64,000 bases of DNA from Candidatus Methanomethylicia archaeon. Lineage in GTDB: Archaea > Thermoproteota > Methanomethylicia > Nezhaarchaeales > B40-G2. Position 1 is the first letter of the stretch, and the number at the start of each line of letters is the position of its first letter. Position numbers and translations under genes: made by a program. The notes below the pieces were generated by a model that worked only from the letters and a program-made list of their open reading frames with translations, had not been told where the DNA came from and searched no databases. The stretch spans positions 32,001 through 96,000 of the forward strand of contig JAPDJI010000020.1 in NCBI GenBank assembly GCA_029259155.1, given 5' to 3'. Positions 10,514 through 19,809 of the stretch are shown here, one piece after another.

Positions 10514-11626
10514 TTGAATCGATGGAGATGTCTCCTAAAGCTAAACGATATCCCGCGTGGACATATGTTCATCCTTGTGTCCATAGCTTTGGTTGAAGCA
10601 TTAACCCACTTCGGCGCCATGCCAGGAGACCATCCCCAATACTTCAACGTCACTAAATTCTTCTTAGGTCAGGAACCTCTAATCACCAAGGTTAGAATAG
10701 TCCGACCCCTCGTGCCCTTGCTGGCTGCCCCCTTCTCTCTTGTCATGCCTCTACCTTATGCCTACGGTGTTGTCAACACAGCGTTTTACTTACTCACAGG
10801 AGTTGCTTGCTATGCTCTGACGCTTAAGCTTACAAAATCTAAGTTGACAGCGCTATACTCAGGTGTGCTTGTGTTAACGTCCTTCCCCATGATCGCCTAC
10901 GGAGCAGCTTCAAGCAAAGAGGGAGCTGGGCTCTTCTTTCAAATGCTGGCAGCACTACTCGCCTTAAAGCTGGCTGAGGGCAAAGGCGTCGTTAAGGCGC
11001 TCGCTTACGGCTTAATAGCAGGGGTTGGAATGCTGTCCATGGAGATCGTGATTCCAGCAGTAGCCTTCGGCCTCCTCCTACTCTCAAGGAATAGAATGTT
11101 TAAGGAGGCAGCGGCTTGGCTCATCACCGCTGTCCTCCCATCCGTCTTCGTAGGGGCCCTATTTAACTATTCGATTATTTCATGGTATCTTCAAGGAGGC
11201 ATCGAGTACGCTAGCAAGCTCGGCTTGTTATCCTTAAGTGCTTGGTTCAACCCTTCACTGAGGCTTCGTCACTTAGTTGAAGGTCTCTCACCATTCGTCT
11301 GCCTATTCATGGTGGTTGGCCTAGCTAAATTAAGAGGCGAAGCCAACACTGTGAACCTGTTCGTCTTGATGATAATTCCTGGCGTCGCCGCCTACTTCGC
11401 TTGGCCCCCTGTCACGTCAAGGCAGGTGATAACAATGTCCTACGCAATCTACTGGGTAGCTGCTCGAGGTTTAGCCTCATTAGGAAAGAAGCCCTGGATC
11501 CAAGTCACCTTACTTTTAGTTAACGCCATCCTATGCAATTACCTAGCGTTTAAATGGTACTCAACGTGCTTTTACCTAGAGACCTTGGGCCCTTGGAAGG
11601 GTTTCTCGGTCCCTTGGCCCCCTTGA
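10514..11626 (+). CDS. Polytopic membrane protein, probable GT-C (PMT/ArnT-like) glycosyltransferase
   Basis: Many hydrophobic segments; GD..Y then RPLVPLL after the first TM, typical of GT-C enzymes. Confidence 0.6.
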   Translation: MNRWRCLLKLNDIPRGHMFILVSIALVEALTHFGAMPGDHPQYFNVTKFFLGQEPLITKVRIVRPLVPLLAAPFSLVMPLPYAYGVVNTAFYLLTGVACYALTLKLTKSKLTALYSGVLVLTSFPMIAYGAASSKEGAGLFFQMLAALLALKLAEGKGVVKALAYGLIAGVGMLSMEIVIPAVAFGLLLLSRNRMFKEAAAWLITAVLPSVFVGALFNYSIISWYLQGGIEYASKLGLLSLSAWFNPSLRLRHLVEGLSPFVCLFMVVGLAKLRGEANTVNLFVLMIIPGVAAYFAWPPVTSRQVITMSYAIYWVAARGLASLGKKPWIQVTLLLVNAILCNYLAFKWYSTCFYLETLGPWKGFSVPWPP

Positions 11627-11971
11627 TTAAAGCCTTGCTAAACAGCTTGTAATAAAAAAGCTAAGCATCTAAAGAAATAATATCCCTTGGTTCAGCTGCA
11701 AGATAATTTTCAATGGTGAAGTCGATGGATTCTAAGTCCCCATACTTGTTGACGTTCCTAATCTATGCCTTGGCTCCTGTTATTACATCGCCGAATCGTT
11801 GATAGTGCATGATCAAAATCTACAGTGGAAAGTTTTATTGGTTACTGTTAATAAAGATTAACTAGATGGAGTAAAAGTTATTGAGTGTCTAACACGTAAA
11901 CTCCCATGAAGGTCCTCTGATTGTCTTAATGGTATCTCCCTCAGCTATGAAGATGGACTCACCTAAAACTT

Positions 11972-12410
11972 CTATGTCTGCGGGGAGCAGCTGTAAGTTT
12001 CAACGACCCGTCCATCCACGATGACGTATACAGCGTTCTCCACTGCCACATATAACGCGTTACCTACTAACTCAGCGTCGACTGGGTTTTGGACCTCATA
12101 GCCCAGGATGACAGTGTTGTTAAAGCCTACAATACTCATGCGGTCAAGTAGGCATATTAAGTTTGCTTCATTACCGACGGCGTCCACGTCCTTAACGCCA
12201 CTTAGCCCAGTAAGTCTCCACTATATCGCTCCGGTGAGAGACATTACGTAGACCTCATCCTCCTCTGCTACGAGTATTCGATCTATACTTAGGAAAGCCA
12301 CATCTATAGGTTTCAACTCATGGTTAGCCCCACAGCCTCCTCCCGGTCGAGTCTACGATCCTTAAACCTGAACCATCAGCGATCAATAGAGCCATTAACG
12401 CTAAACGCGA
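11972..12410 (-). pseudogene. Decayed beta-propeller (NHL-like) protein fragment
   Basis: LLIADGSGLRIVDSTGRRLWG*, frameshift, ELKPIDVAFLSIDRILVAEEDEVYVMSLTGAI*WRL (TAG 12221-12223), in frame with ORF 11972-12187; repeated blade-like pattern. Confidence 0.55.
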
Positions 12411-12508
12411 CATACGTCGTAGGAAAGTATAAAGCAGATATTTAATGCATTTCGTCACATAGGAAAAACCTAAAGGATTGTTTAACGAAAAATGACGAGG
12501 TGGCCTAA

Positions 12509-12661
12509 GTGAGGGTGAAGCTAAAGATCGACGGGGAGGAGGTCCCTTTAAATCCCTTCGTCACGAAGATCTTCGGAAACCTGCTTCAAGCCATGGTCGC
12601 TTCACTACATGGCATTAATGAAGCTTGGAGAGAAGCTGTTCTTGAGGTGGAGAGGGATTAA
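12509..12661 (+). CDS. 50-aa protein resembling the C-terminal domain of archaeal MobB
   Basis: GAGGTG SD then GTG: MRVKLKIDGEEVPLNPFVTKIFGNLLQAMVASLHGINEAWREAVLEVERD; 3 nt from the next gene; below the ORF-track cutoff. Confidence 0.75.
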   Translation: MRVKLKIDGEEVPLNPFVTKIFGNLLQAMVASLHGINEAWREAVLEVERD

Positions 12662-12664
12662 GCC

Positions 12665-13072
12665 TTGGCTAAGAGGCTGAGCATAATCGATGTGGACCGC
12701 TGCGTAGGTTGTCAATGCTGTATGTTCGCCTGTACACGCCGTTTAGGCTACGCAGGGCTGGGGAAGTCTGCGATAAAGATTAGGTCTGCTGGCGGCGTAG
12801 AGAGGGGCTTTGTGGTAATAGTCTGTCGAGCCTGCCCTGACCCTCCTTGTGCCAAGGTTTGCCCTGTAGACGCCATTACTCTAAGGAAGGGGGGAGGGGT
12901 GCTGGTCAACGCGTCGATATGTATAGGTTGCGAGCTTTGCCGTGAAGCTTGTCCCTTCAACGCAGTCGGCTGGGATGATGAAGCCAACAAACCAGTAATC
13001 TGCGTGCACTGTGGACAATGCGTGGAGTTTTGTCCACATAATGTATTGAGGGTGGAGGAGGTGACTGCTTAA
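12665..13072 (+). CDS. 4Fe-4S dicluster protein (AOR small subunit)
   Basis: Four CxxCxxCxxxC-type motifs; coupled to AOR. Confidence 0.92.
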   Translation: MAKRLSIIDVDRCVGCQCCMFACTRRLGYAGLGKSAIKIRSAGGVERGFVVIVCRACPDPPCAKVCPVDAITLRKGGGVLVNASICIGCELCREACPFNAVGWDDEANKPVICVHCGQCVEFCPHNVLRVEEVTA

Positions 13073-14832
13073 TGGATGCTTTACCCCGCAGGGTGCTCTA
13101 CATAGACCTCGACCACCGAAGGTTCAAGGTAGAGGATAGGGAAGACCTCTTCAAGCATCGCCTTGGAGGGATCGGCGTTGCGATAAGGCTTCTAACAGAG
13201 GAGTGCCCCAAGGCAGCTGATCCCTTAAGCCCTGACAACGTGGTCGTGTTTGCCGTCGGTCCTCTGACAGGCATCCTCCCCTTAGCCTCTAAGACGGTGG
13301 CCGTCTTCAAGTCGCCTCTAACCAAGACCTTAGGGGAGAGCCATGCTGGCGGTAGGAGCGCGGTGGCCATTAGGTCGGCGGGGTATGGAGCCATCGTGAT
13401 CAAGGGAGCCAGCTCCACCCCCGTCTACTTGGTCATAGATAAGGAAGGGGTAAGGTTCAGGGATGCCTCAGGGCTATGGGGAGTAGCTAGCAGCTTCACT
13501 GTGGGCAGGGTTATACGTGAACGAGAGGCAGGAGCAGGGCTTAGGACAATAATGAGGATTGGTAAGGCAGGAGAAAAGCTGGTGGCTTATGCCTCAGTGA
13601 TAACCGAAACCTACAGACACTTTGGTAGGCACGGCTTAGGGGCGGTCTTTGGAAGCAAGAAGCTTAAGGCAATAGTCGTTCAGGGAGACCAGACAGTAAA
13701 GGTAGCTAACCCAGCGAGCTACAGAGACCTTTACAGTAGGGTGTTTAACGAAGCAGTCAAGTCCAGCTTGATGAAGAAGTACCACGACCTAGGCACCGCC
13801 GCTAACATCATCCCCTTAAACCACATAAAAGCGCTGCCCACTAAAAACCTTACCCAACAGGGCTTTGAAGGAGCTGAGGAAATCTCAGGTGAGAGCTTAG
13901 CTGAAAAATACTTAGGTAGACGTATCGCGTGTAGCCACTGCCCTGTCGCCTGCATCCACCTAGCTGCTTTAAGAGAGCCCTACGTCGATGAGCCTTACTT
14001 CTATAAAACCACCTTCGTAAGCTACGACTACGAGCTCCTCTACGCCCTCGGCTCCATGATAGGGGTTTCCGACGTGTCCAGCCTCCTGAAGCTGATACAT
14101 GAAGTAGATAAACTAGGGCTAGACGCCATGAGCACTGGCGTAGCGCTAGCTTGGGCTACGGAAGCCTACATGAAGGGGTTGATAAACGAGAAGGATACTC
14201 TAGGCCTTGAGTTTAAGTGGGGAAGCTCGGAGGCCTACCTTAAAGCCGTGAGCTACATAGTCGATCAACCCAACGAGTTCTACGCCTCCCTCGCTAAAGG
14301 AGCGGAGGCGGCGGCTTCAAGGTACGGCGGCCTAGACTACGCGCTATGTTTCGGAGGACTTGAAATGCCAGGCTACCAGACAGGCCTAGCTGCCTATGTA
14401 GGCTTCTTCACAGGTGCACGGCACAGCCACCTAGACTCGGGAGGCTATAGCTTAGACCAGAAAGCCTTGAAGGAGAAGAAGAGGTTAACGACGGAGGAGG
14501 TTGCCTCTATCCTTCTAAAGGAGGAGGCTTGGAGGCAAATACTGAGCAGCCTCGTAGTATGCTTCTTCGCTAGGGAGATCTATAGGCCAGGGCTAGTAGC
14601 TGAAGCCTTAAGCCTACTAGGCTTACACCTCAGCGTAGAAGACCTAGACAAGCTAGGCTTAGAGATATTGAAGGAGAAACAGAGCTTTAAGTTAAGGGAG
14701 GGCTTTGACCCAAGAAGGCTGAGAATACCTAAGAGGATATTGGAGGCGTCGACGCCTCTAGGCCCAGTAAACGAGGAAGATCTGAGAGAAGCCATAGCTA
14801 AGTACTTCGAGAAGCTAGAGCTTGGCAGCTGA
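13072..14832 (+). CDS. Aldehyde:ferredoxin oxidoreductase family (W-pterin) protein
   Basis: KSPLT, ESHAGG, GRHGLGAVFGSKKLKA, CSHCPVAC, DYE, GLDAMSTG, VVCFF. Confidence 0.93.
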   Translation: MDALPRRVLYIDLDHRRFKVEDREDLFKHRLGGIGVAIRLLTEECPKAADPLSPDNVVVFAVGPLTGILPLASKTVAVFKSPLTKTLGESHAGGRSAVAIRSAGYGAIVIKGASSTPVYLVIDKEGVRFRDASGLWGVASSFTVGRVIREREAGAGLRTIMRIGKAGEKLVAYASVITETYRHFGRHGLGAVFGSKKLKAIVVQGDQTVKVANPASYRDLYSRVFNEAVKSSLMKKYHDLGTAANIIPLNHIKALPTKNLTQQGFEGAEEISGESLAEKYLGRRIACSHCPVACIHLAALREPYVDEPYFYKTTFVSYDYELLYALGSMIGVSDVSSLLKLIHEVDKLGLDAMSTGVALAWATEAYMKGLINEKDTLGLEFKWGSSEAYLKAVSYIVDQPNEFYASLAKGAEAAASRYGGLDYALCFGGLEMPGYQTGLAAYVGFFTGARHSHLDSGGYSLDQKALKEKKRLTTEEVASILLKEEAWRQILSSLVVCFFAREIYRPGLVAEALSLLGLHLSVEDLDKLGLEILKEKQSFKLREGFDPRRLRIPKRILEASTPLGPVNEEDLREAIAKYFEKLELGS

Positions 14833-14996
14833 GGGACATATTTCAGGTCAGCTTGCCTAAACGTAGGAAGCAAAAATGGTCAATAAACGCCTAGAGTCAA
14901 AGGTCCATGGACACATCGTTACGTTGCCTCATCCAAAAAGAGGCGCAAACAATATAACAAGCCTTTAAAAGGAGAGGAAGGGCCCGGCTACCCTGT

Positions 14997-15127
14997 GCCA
15001 GCCCATAGAAGAGGGCCACGAACGGGTGGTGTAGGGGTTAACACAACGGCCTGTGGAGCCGTGGATCCCGGGTTCGAGACAGTCTTCCCCATAAAGGGGG
15101 GCTGCGAGAATCCCGGCCCGGGCCCCA
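14997..15127 (+). tRNA. tRNA-His(GTG) with two introns (3/4: 15000-15022; 59/60: 15079-15110), encoded CCA
   Basis: Removing both BHB-bounded introns gives GCC|CGGG..ACGGC-CTGTGGA-GCCGT..TTCGAG|T..CCCGGGC-C-CCA. Confidence 0.88.
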
Positions 15128-15201
15128 TCATTACCTCCTTAACTCTCAGCAACCATAGCAGTCCGTTACCTAAGAAATGTCGGTGAGAGGAGGAGAAGGC
15201 T

Positions 15202-16014
15202 TTGAACCCCTCAGAGCTTCTCGAGGTGGCGGTGGAAGCTGTAAAGAAGGCTAAGGAGGCTGCTTGTGAAGCTTTGGTTAAGGGAGGTAGGGCTAGGGTT
15301 AAGGTGGGGGCTTCAGGAGATGAGACCTTAGAGGCCGATGAGGCCGCGGAGGAAGCCATTCTTGAGGTGCTTAAAGCTAGGCTACAGGGAGCTACGGTGA
15401 TAAGCGAGGAGCTAGGCATAGCTGATCTTGGCGGTGGTGGACCCCCCTACGTCTTCGTAGATCCTTTAGATGGAAGCCTCAATGCTAAGCGCGGCTACCC
15501 CTGCTTTTCATCCATGGTGGCCTTTGCCTCTAAGCCTAGGCTGATCGAAGTGCAGGCCATGGCTGTGGTGAACATGCTTACAGGAGACCTCTACTGGACA
15601 GTCAAAGGGGAAGGAGCGTTCCTCAACGGTGTCAAGGTCTCAGCTTCGAGTTGTGCCAAGCTAAGTGAAGCTTTAGTGAGCTTAGATTTCTCAAAGCGTA
15701 ATAGGCCTGAGGGCTACGTATCTAAGATAGCCTCCATAATAGAGGAGGCGCGCCACGTAAGGTTTCTTGGCAGCAATTCACTTGAGGTCTGTTTAGTGGC
15801 TTGCGGCGCTTGCGATGCGTTCATCGACCTTAGAGGTGGTTTGAGGCTCCTCGACGTGGCGGGGCCCCTCCTCATGGTCAGGGAGGCTGGAGGCATCGTT
15901 CACGTAGAGCCTGGAGGCTTAGAGGTTGAGGTGGATGTTAAGCGTAAAGCAAGTTTAATTGCCGCCTCCACGGACAAGCTCTTACACGAGATATTAGGTT
16001 TGGTAAAGGCCTAA
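15202..16014 (+). CDS. suhB: Inositol monophosphatase / FBPase family protein
   Basis: ISEELG, VDPLDGSLN, LDVAG motifs. Confidence 0.88.
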   Translation: MNPSELLEVAVEAVKKAKEAACEALVKGGRARVKVGASGDETLEADEAAEEAILEVLKARLQGATVISEELGIADLGGGGPPYVFVDPLDGSLNAKRGYPCFSSMVAFASKPRLIEVQAMAVVNMLTGDLYWTVKGEGAFLNGVKVSASSCAKLSEALVSLDFSKRNRPEGYVSKIASIIEEARHVRFLGSNSLEVCLVACGACDAFIDLRGGLRLLDVAGPLLMVREAGGIVHVEPGGLEVEVDVKRKASLIAASTDKLLHEILGLVKA

Positions 16015-16680
16015 AGCCTCCTCGTATGCATGGAGGAGAATAGAGGAGACTATCCAAGCCTCCAAGGGTTCAGGGTAGAGTGAAACCGTTTCGTTAGCGA
16101 AGCTGTAGAGGTAATGTGAAAAATCTCCTCTATGGAAGCCTCCCACGATCACCAGGGGCTTTTCGTGCTTAATGAGCAGGCCTGCAACTTCGCGTGGACA
16201 TACTAGACGCCCCTTCTCCGTTAAAAGGACGGTATAGCTAGGTTTCGCTTCATCAATTATTAGCTTAAAGCCGCTGCCGATAACACGTATTAAAGGCTCA
16301 CCTTCCTCAGGTACTCTACCAGCCTTAAGGAGCTGTTCCATTAAGCCTACGAAGCGTGGATAGTTCTTCGGAAGCCTAGTTTCAGGTTTTATCTCCACTA
16401 CGAGGTCGTTAACGGTATGCACGTATATTCTCATCAAGCCTCTTCGACACAGCGGCGTGCCTAAAAGGTATAGAAGCGTGGTATGTACAATGTCGGGCCT
16501 ACCGCGTTTTTCCCATCCTTGAAGGCCTTTCATGGCAGCGTAGTGAAGCGAAATATCTAGAAGAGTCTCTCCTGGCTTCTTTCCTCGCTTTTCAGCGTTG
16601 CGTTTAACCGCTGGATGCTTCCAGATTTCTCTAGGTACTAGCTCAAGCGAGGCTTCAGCCAGAGCAAATATGAGGGTCAC
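15994..16680 (-). CDS. nep1: 16S rRNA pseudouridine N1-methyltransferase Nep1
   Basis: RGRPDIVH, RLPKNYPRFVGLMEQL, VGGFHRG. Confidence 0.95.
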   Translation of the reverse strand: MTLIFALAEASLELVPREIWKHPAVKRNAEKRGKKPGETLLDISLHYAAMKGLQGWEKRGRPDIVHTTLLYLLGTPLCRRGLMRIYVHTVNDLVVEIKPETRLPKNYPRFVGLMEQLLKAGRVPEEGEPLIRVIGSGFKLIIDEAKPSYTVLLTEKGRLVCPREVAGLLIKHEKPLVIVGGFHRGDFSHYLYSFANETVSLYPEPLEAWIVSSILLHAYEEALGLYQT

Positions 16681-16724
16681 GTAACCCCGATGGGTAGAAA
16701 AGCTTGCTTGAATAAAAGGGTTTA

Positions 16725-17099
16725 GTGAGGGGCTTGAGGCCTAGACGAAGGCGAAGGCGTGAAGCCTTAATAATGAAGGACATAGCCTTACAGAGGGTTA
16801 AGAGACTCTTCCAGCTAGCAGAAGAAGCGTTTAGGGAGAATCCTTCGCTTTCAAACCGCTACGTGGAGCTGGCTAGGCTCATAGCTATGAGAAGCAGGAT
16901 ACGCATACCTCGAGAATTAAGAAGGAGGTTTTGCCATAAATGTGGCTGTTATCTTCAACCAGGAGTTAACTGCCGGGTTAGGTTGGCTAAACGCAGAAGC
17001 CCACATGTAGCTATAACCTGCCTTGCCTGCGGCCACGTTCATAGGATCCCATTGACAAGCGTAAGTGGGAAAACCTTTTTTAGCGCTGTAGATGGCTAA
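16725..17099 (+). CDS. rnp4: RNase P protein Rpp21
   Basis: RRFCHKC..PGVNCRVR..CLACG zinc ribbon. Confidence 0.93.
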   Translation: MRGLRPRRRRRREALIMKDIALQRVKRLFQLAEEAFRENPSLSNRYVELARLIAMRSRIRIPRELRRRFCHKCGCYLQPGVNCRVRLAKRRSPHVAITCLACGHVHRIPLTSVSGKTFFSAVDG

Positions 17100-17136
17100 A
17101 GCTAGCTTTAACCATCTGAGTTAAGCGGGTTTAACT

Positions 17137-17604
17137 ATGTCAGCAGTAGAGATGGTCCCTCCACAGGTGCTCATAGAGCAGCTGGCTAAGTACCTGAAGG
17201 AAAACGTAGCTGAGGTTAAGCCTCCTTCCTGGGCCCCTTACGTCAAGACAGGGGTCCATAAAGAAAGGCTCCCTGAAGACCCTGACTGGTGGTATGTAAG
17301 GTGCGCCGCTATTCTACGCAAGCTATACCTCTACGGCCCTGTGGGCATAGAAAGGTTGAGGGTAGCTTTCGGGGGTAGACAGCGCGTAGGGGTTAGAGGC
17401 AGGGAGCATTTCAGGAAGGGTAGTGGAGCTATCGTGCGTAAGGCTTTACAACAGCTTGAGCAAGCCAAGCTGGTGGTGAAGGAGGGGAATAAGGGGAGAA
17501 AGCTAAGTCCTCAAGGAGTATCCCTCCTCGACCGGCTAGCGCTCAGGATGCTGAGGGACCTACAGAAACAGATGCCTGAGCTCAGGAAATACCTGGGTAA
17601 GTAG
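17137..17604 (+). CDS. rps19e: 30S ribosomal protein eS19
   Basis: VKTGVHKERLP.DPDWWYVRCAAILRKLY. Confidence 0.97.
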   Translation: MSAVEMVPPQVLIEQLAKYLKENVAEVKPPSWAPYVKTGVHKERLPEDPDWWYVRCAAILRKLYLYGPVGIERLRVAFGGRQRVGVRGREHFRKGSGAIVRKALQQLEQAKLVVKEGNKGRKLSPQGVSLLDRLALRMLRDLQKQMPELRKYLGK

Positions 17605-17662
17605 TCTCGCGGCGATAGGTTTAGAGATACCCTTAAACCACTAGGACTGGGGGCTCTCTGAT

Positions 17663-18010
17663 TTGAGCGACGAGGAATTAACAGACGAGGAACTTGAAGA
17701 AATTCAGCGCAGAAAAATGCTACAGTACCAGCAGATGGCAGCTGAAGCTCAGCGAAGAGCAGAGCTTCAGAGACAAATGGAGTTAGCTAAGCAGAGTTTA
17801 CTGCGACAAATACTGACGCCAGAGGCTAGAAGTAGGCTTGCAAACATCAAGATGGTACGCCCTGAGTTCGCGGAACAGCTTGAAGCTCAGCTCATTCAGC
17901 TGGCTCAGGCAGGTAGGCTTAGGATACCGGTGACCGATGAAGTGTTGAAGGAAGTACTTAAAAACATCCAGCTGCGAGCTAAGAGAGACTGGAGGATCCA
18001 GAGGGTTTAA
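17663..18010 (+). CDS. PDCD5-like DNA-binding protein
   Basis: ILTPEARSRLANIKMVRPE; conserved position after rps19e. Confidence 0.93.
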   Translation: MSDEELTDEELEEIQRRKMLQYQQMAAEAQRRAELQRQMELAKQSLLRQILTPEARSRLANIKMVRPEFAEQLEAQLIQLAQAGRLRIPVTDEVLKEVLKNIQLRAKRDWRIQRV

Positions 18011-18022
18011 GGAGGGCTGAAG

Positions 18023-18178
18023 GTGGCTCGTAATAAACCAGGCGCCAAAAAGCTGCGCCTAGCAAAGGCAGGTAAACAGAACAGTGCGGTGCCGGCATGG
18101 GTCATCATTAAGACGAGGAGGAAGTTTAGGAGCCACCCTAAGCGACGGCACTGGAGAAGAACAAAGCTGAAGGTGTAG
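18023..18178 (+). CDS. rpl39e: 50S ribosomal protein eL39
   Basis: Manual translation [31 protein letters not shown]...[14 protein letters not shown]; absent from ORF track. Confidence 0.96.
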   Translation: MARNKPGAKKLRLAKAGKQNSAVPAWVIIKTRRKFRSHPKRRHWRRTKLKV

Positions 18179-18182
18179 AAGC

Positions 18183-18464
18183 TTGTCGGAGGAAGCAAAA
18201 ATAGTGGAGGAAAGGCTTCTCGTAATACCTCTGAAGAGGGCATACTACTACACGCGTTGGAGAAGGGTGGAGAAGGCGGTCAAGCTGCTTAAGGAAAAAG
18301 TGGCTAAACACATGAAAGCTAAGGAGGTTAAGCTGTCCACCGCCGTCAATGAGGCTTTATGGAGTAGAGGTGCACAAAAACCTCCCAGAAGGCTGGAGGT
18401 CAAGGCGGTTAAGGACGAGGACGGCGTGGTCTGGGTCCACTTACAGAGCGAGGAAACCTCCTAG
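18183..18464 (+). CDS. rpl31e: 50S ribosomal protein eL31
   Basis: VNEALWSRGAQKPPRRL; operon position. Confidence 0.95.
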   Translation: MSEEAKIVEERLLVIPLKRAYYYTRWRRVEKAVKLLKEKVAKHMKAKEVKLSTAVNEALWSRGAQKPPRRLEVKAVKDEDGVVWVHLQSEETS

Positions 18465-18475
18465 AAGCGACCAGT

Positions 18476-19147
18476 ATGTCTGTTGAAGCCCTCGATGTCT
18501 ATGGAAGCGTATGTGTAGGGGCTTTCTGTTTCGCTAACCACTCGTTAGCCATAATACCCGACGAAGCCCCCAAGAAGCTTCAAGAAGCTTTAGAGGAGAA
18601 CTTGAAGGTCAAGGTGGTACGTGTAAAGGTAGCCGATTCCCCTCTAGTTGGGATATTGGTAGCTGGCAACGAGAACGGTATTCTTCTACCTAGAAGCGCG
18701 CTGCCCGAGGAGGTTGAGGTTGTAAAGCGCGAAGGAGAAGGTTTAAACGTTGAGGTAGTGGACAGCAAACGTACCGCTTTAGGTAACTTAATCCTAGCTA
18801 ACGATAAAGCAGCCTTAATACACCCAGACCTTACTGATAGGGAAGCTAAAAGAGTAGAAGATGTATTGGGGGTAGAGGTGGTGAGAGGAGCCATAGCGGG
18901 GATACCTTTCGTAGGATCCACAACGCTGTTAAATAATAGAGGGCTACTCACACATCCCTTAGCAGGAGAGGATGAACTGAAGTGGTTGGAGGAGCTGTTT
19001 AAGGTCAAGGCGGAGGGAGGTACCATTAACCATGGCTCACCCCTACTAAGGGTGGGGGCGGTGGTTAATGACCATGGAGCTCTCGTAGGCTCCTTAACCA
19101 CAGGCTTGGAAATCGCTAAATTGGAGAGGGTATTACTGGCCCCCTAA
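18476..19147 (+). CDS. eif6: Translation initiation factor aIF6
   Basis: GNENGILLP, ALGNLILAND, GTINHG. Confidence 0.96.
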   Translation: MSVEALDVYGSVCVGAFCFANHSLAIIPDEAPKKLQEALEENLKVKVVRVKVADSPLVGILVAGNENGILLPRSALPEEVEVVKREGEGLNVEVVDSKRTALGNLILANDKAALIHPDLTDREAKRVEDVLGVEVVRGAIAGIPFVGSTTLLNNRGLLTHPLAGEDELKWLEELFKVKAEGGTINHGSPLLRVGAVVNDHGALVGSLTTGLEIAKLERVLLAP

Positions 19148-19163
19148 CTGGAGGAGGTAGGCT

Positions 19164-19379
19164 TTGGTGGAGGTAAAGGAGTTTCTAGTAGAGGGGGAAG
19201 TTAGGCTTAAGGATGGTTGGAAGAAGTTTAAGGTTAAGCGAAGAGGCATTAAAGAAGAGGATGTTAAGGAGAAGGTGTACTCCGACATGGGGGGAAGATT
19301 TAAGGTTAAGCGGAGCGCCGTGAAGATCTATAAGGTGCAGGCTTTGGAGGGTGAGGAGGTTGTCGAAGACGCCGCCTAG
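19164..19379 (+). CDS. rplX: 50S ribosomal protein eL20 (L18a/LX)
   Basis: EKVYSDMGGRFKVKRSAVKI; operon position. Confidence 0.92.
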   Translation: MVEVKEFLVEGEVRLKDGWKKFKVKRRGIKEEDVKEKVYSDMGGRFKVKRSAVKIYKVQALEGEEVVEDAA

Positions 19380-19794
19380 CGAAGAAGACCTACAGAGCCT
19401 CGTGGTGGAGTATAGGGTCCTCCAAGACATGAGCGTTGATCTACAGCAGAGGGTTAACGTCATCTCCGCTTTCATAAGTGAGCTTCAGGCTGCTGCCAAC
19501 ACCGTCGAGGAGGTTAGCAAGGTAGGTGAAGGAGCAGAGGTATTGATACCGATTGGTGGAGCTTCATACATTAGAGCTAAGCTTGCTAATCAGGGCAAAG
19601 CCGTGGTAGGTTTAGGGGCAGGGGTGGCTATAGAGAAGGAGCTTTCTGAGGCGAAGAAACACCTGGAAGACCGTATAGGTGAGCTTCAACAAGCGCTTGC
19701 TTCAGTGCAGCGCCAGCTCATGAACGTGGCGGCGAGGATGGCCCAGATAGAGCCAAAAATCAGGGAGGCATTGGAAGCTAGGAGGACAGCCTAG
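19351..19794 (+). CDS. pfdA: Prefoldin alpha subunit
   Basis: EVLIPIGG..VGLGAGVAIEK flanked by coiled coils. Confidence 0.94.
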   Translation: MRRLSKTPPSEEDLQSLVVEYRVLQDMSVDLQQRVNVISAFISELQAAANTVEEVSKVGEGAEVLIPIGGASYIRAKLANQGKAVVGLGAGVAIEKELSEAKKHLEDRIGELQQALASVQRQLMNVAARMAQIEPKIREALEARRTA

Positions 19795-19809
19795 GCAGGA
19801 GAGGCTGAG

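Noticed and set aside
1777-12223. In-frame TAG codons (1777, 12221) as stop-codon recoding/pyrrolysine
   Set aside because: Both lie in genes that also have frameshifts, and many core genes here (rps19e, rpl31e, ftsY, argF) end normally at TAG.
14988-15419. ORFs 14988-15419 and 14995-15186 (also 56732-56926, 56754-56942)
   Set aside because: They overlap intron-containing tRNA genes.
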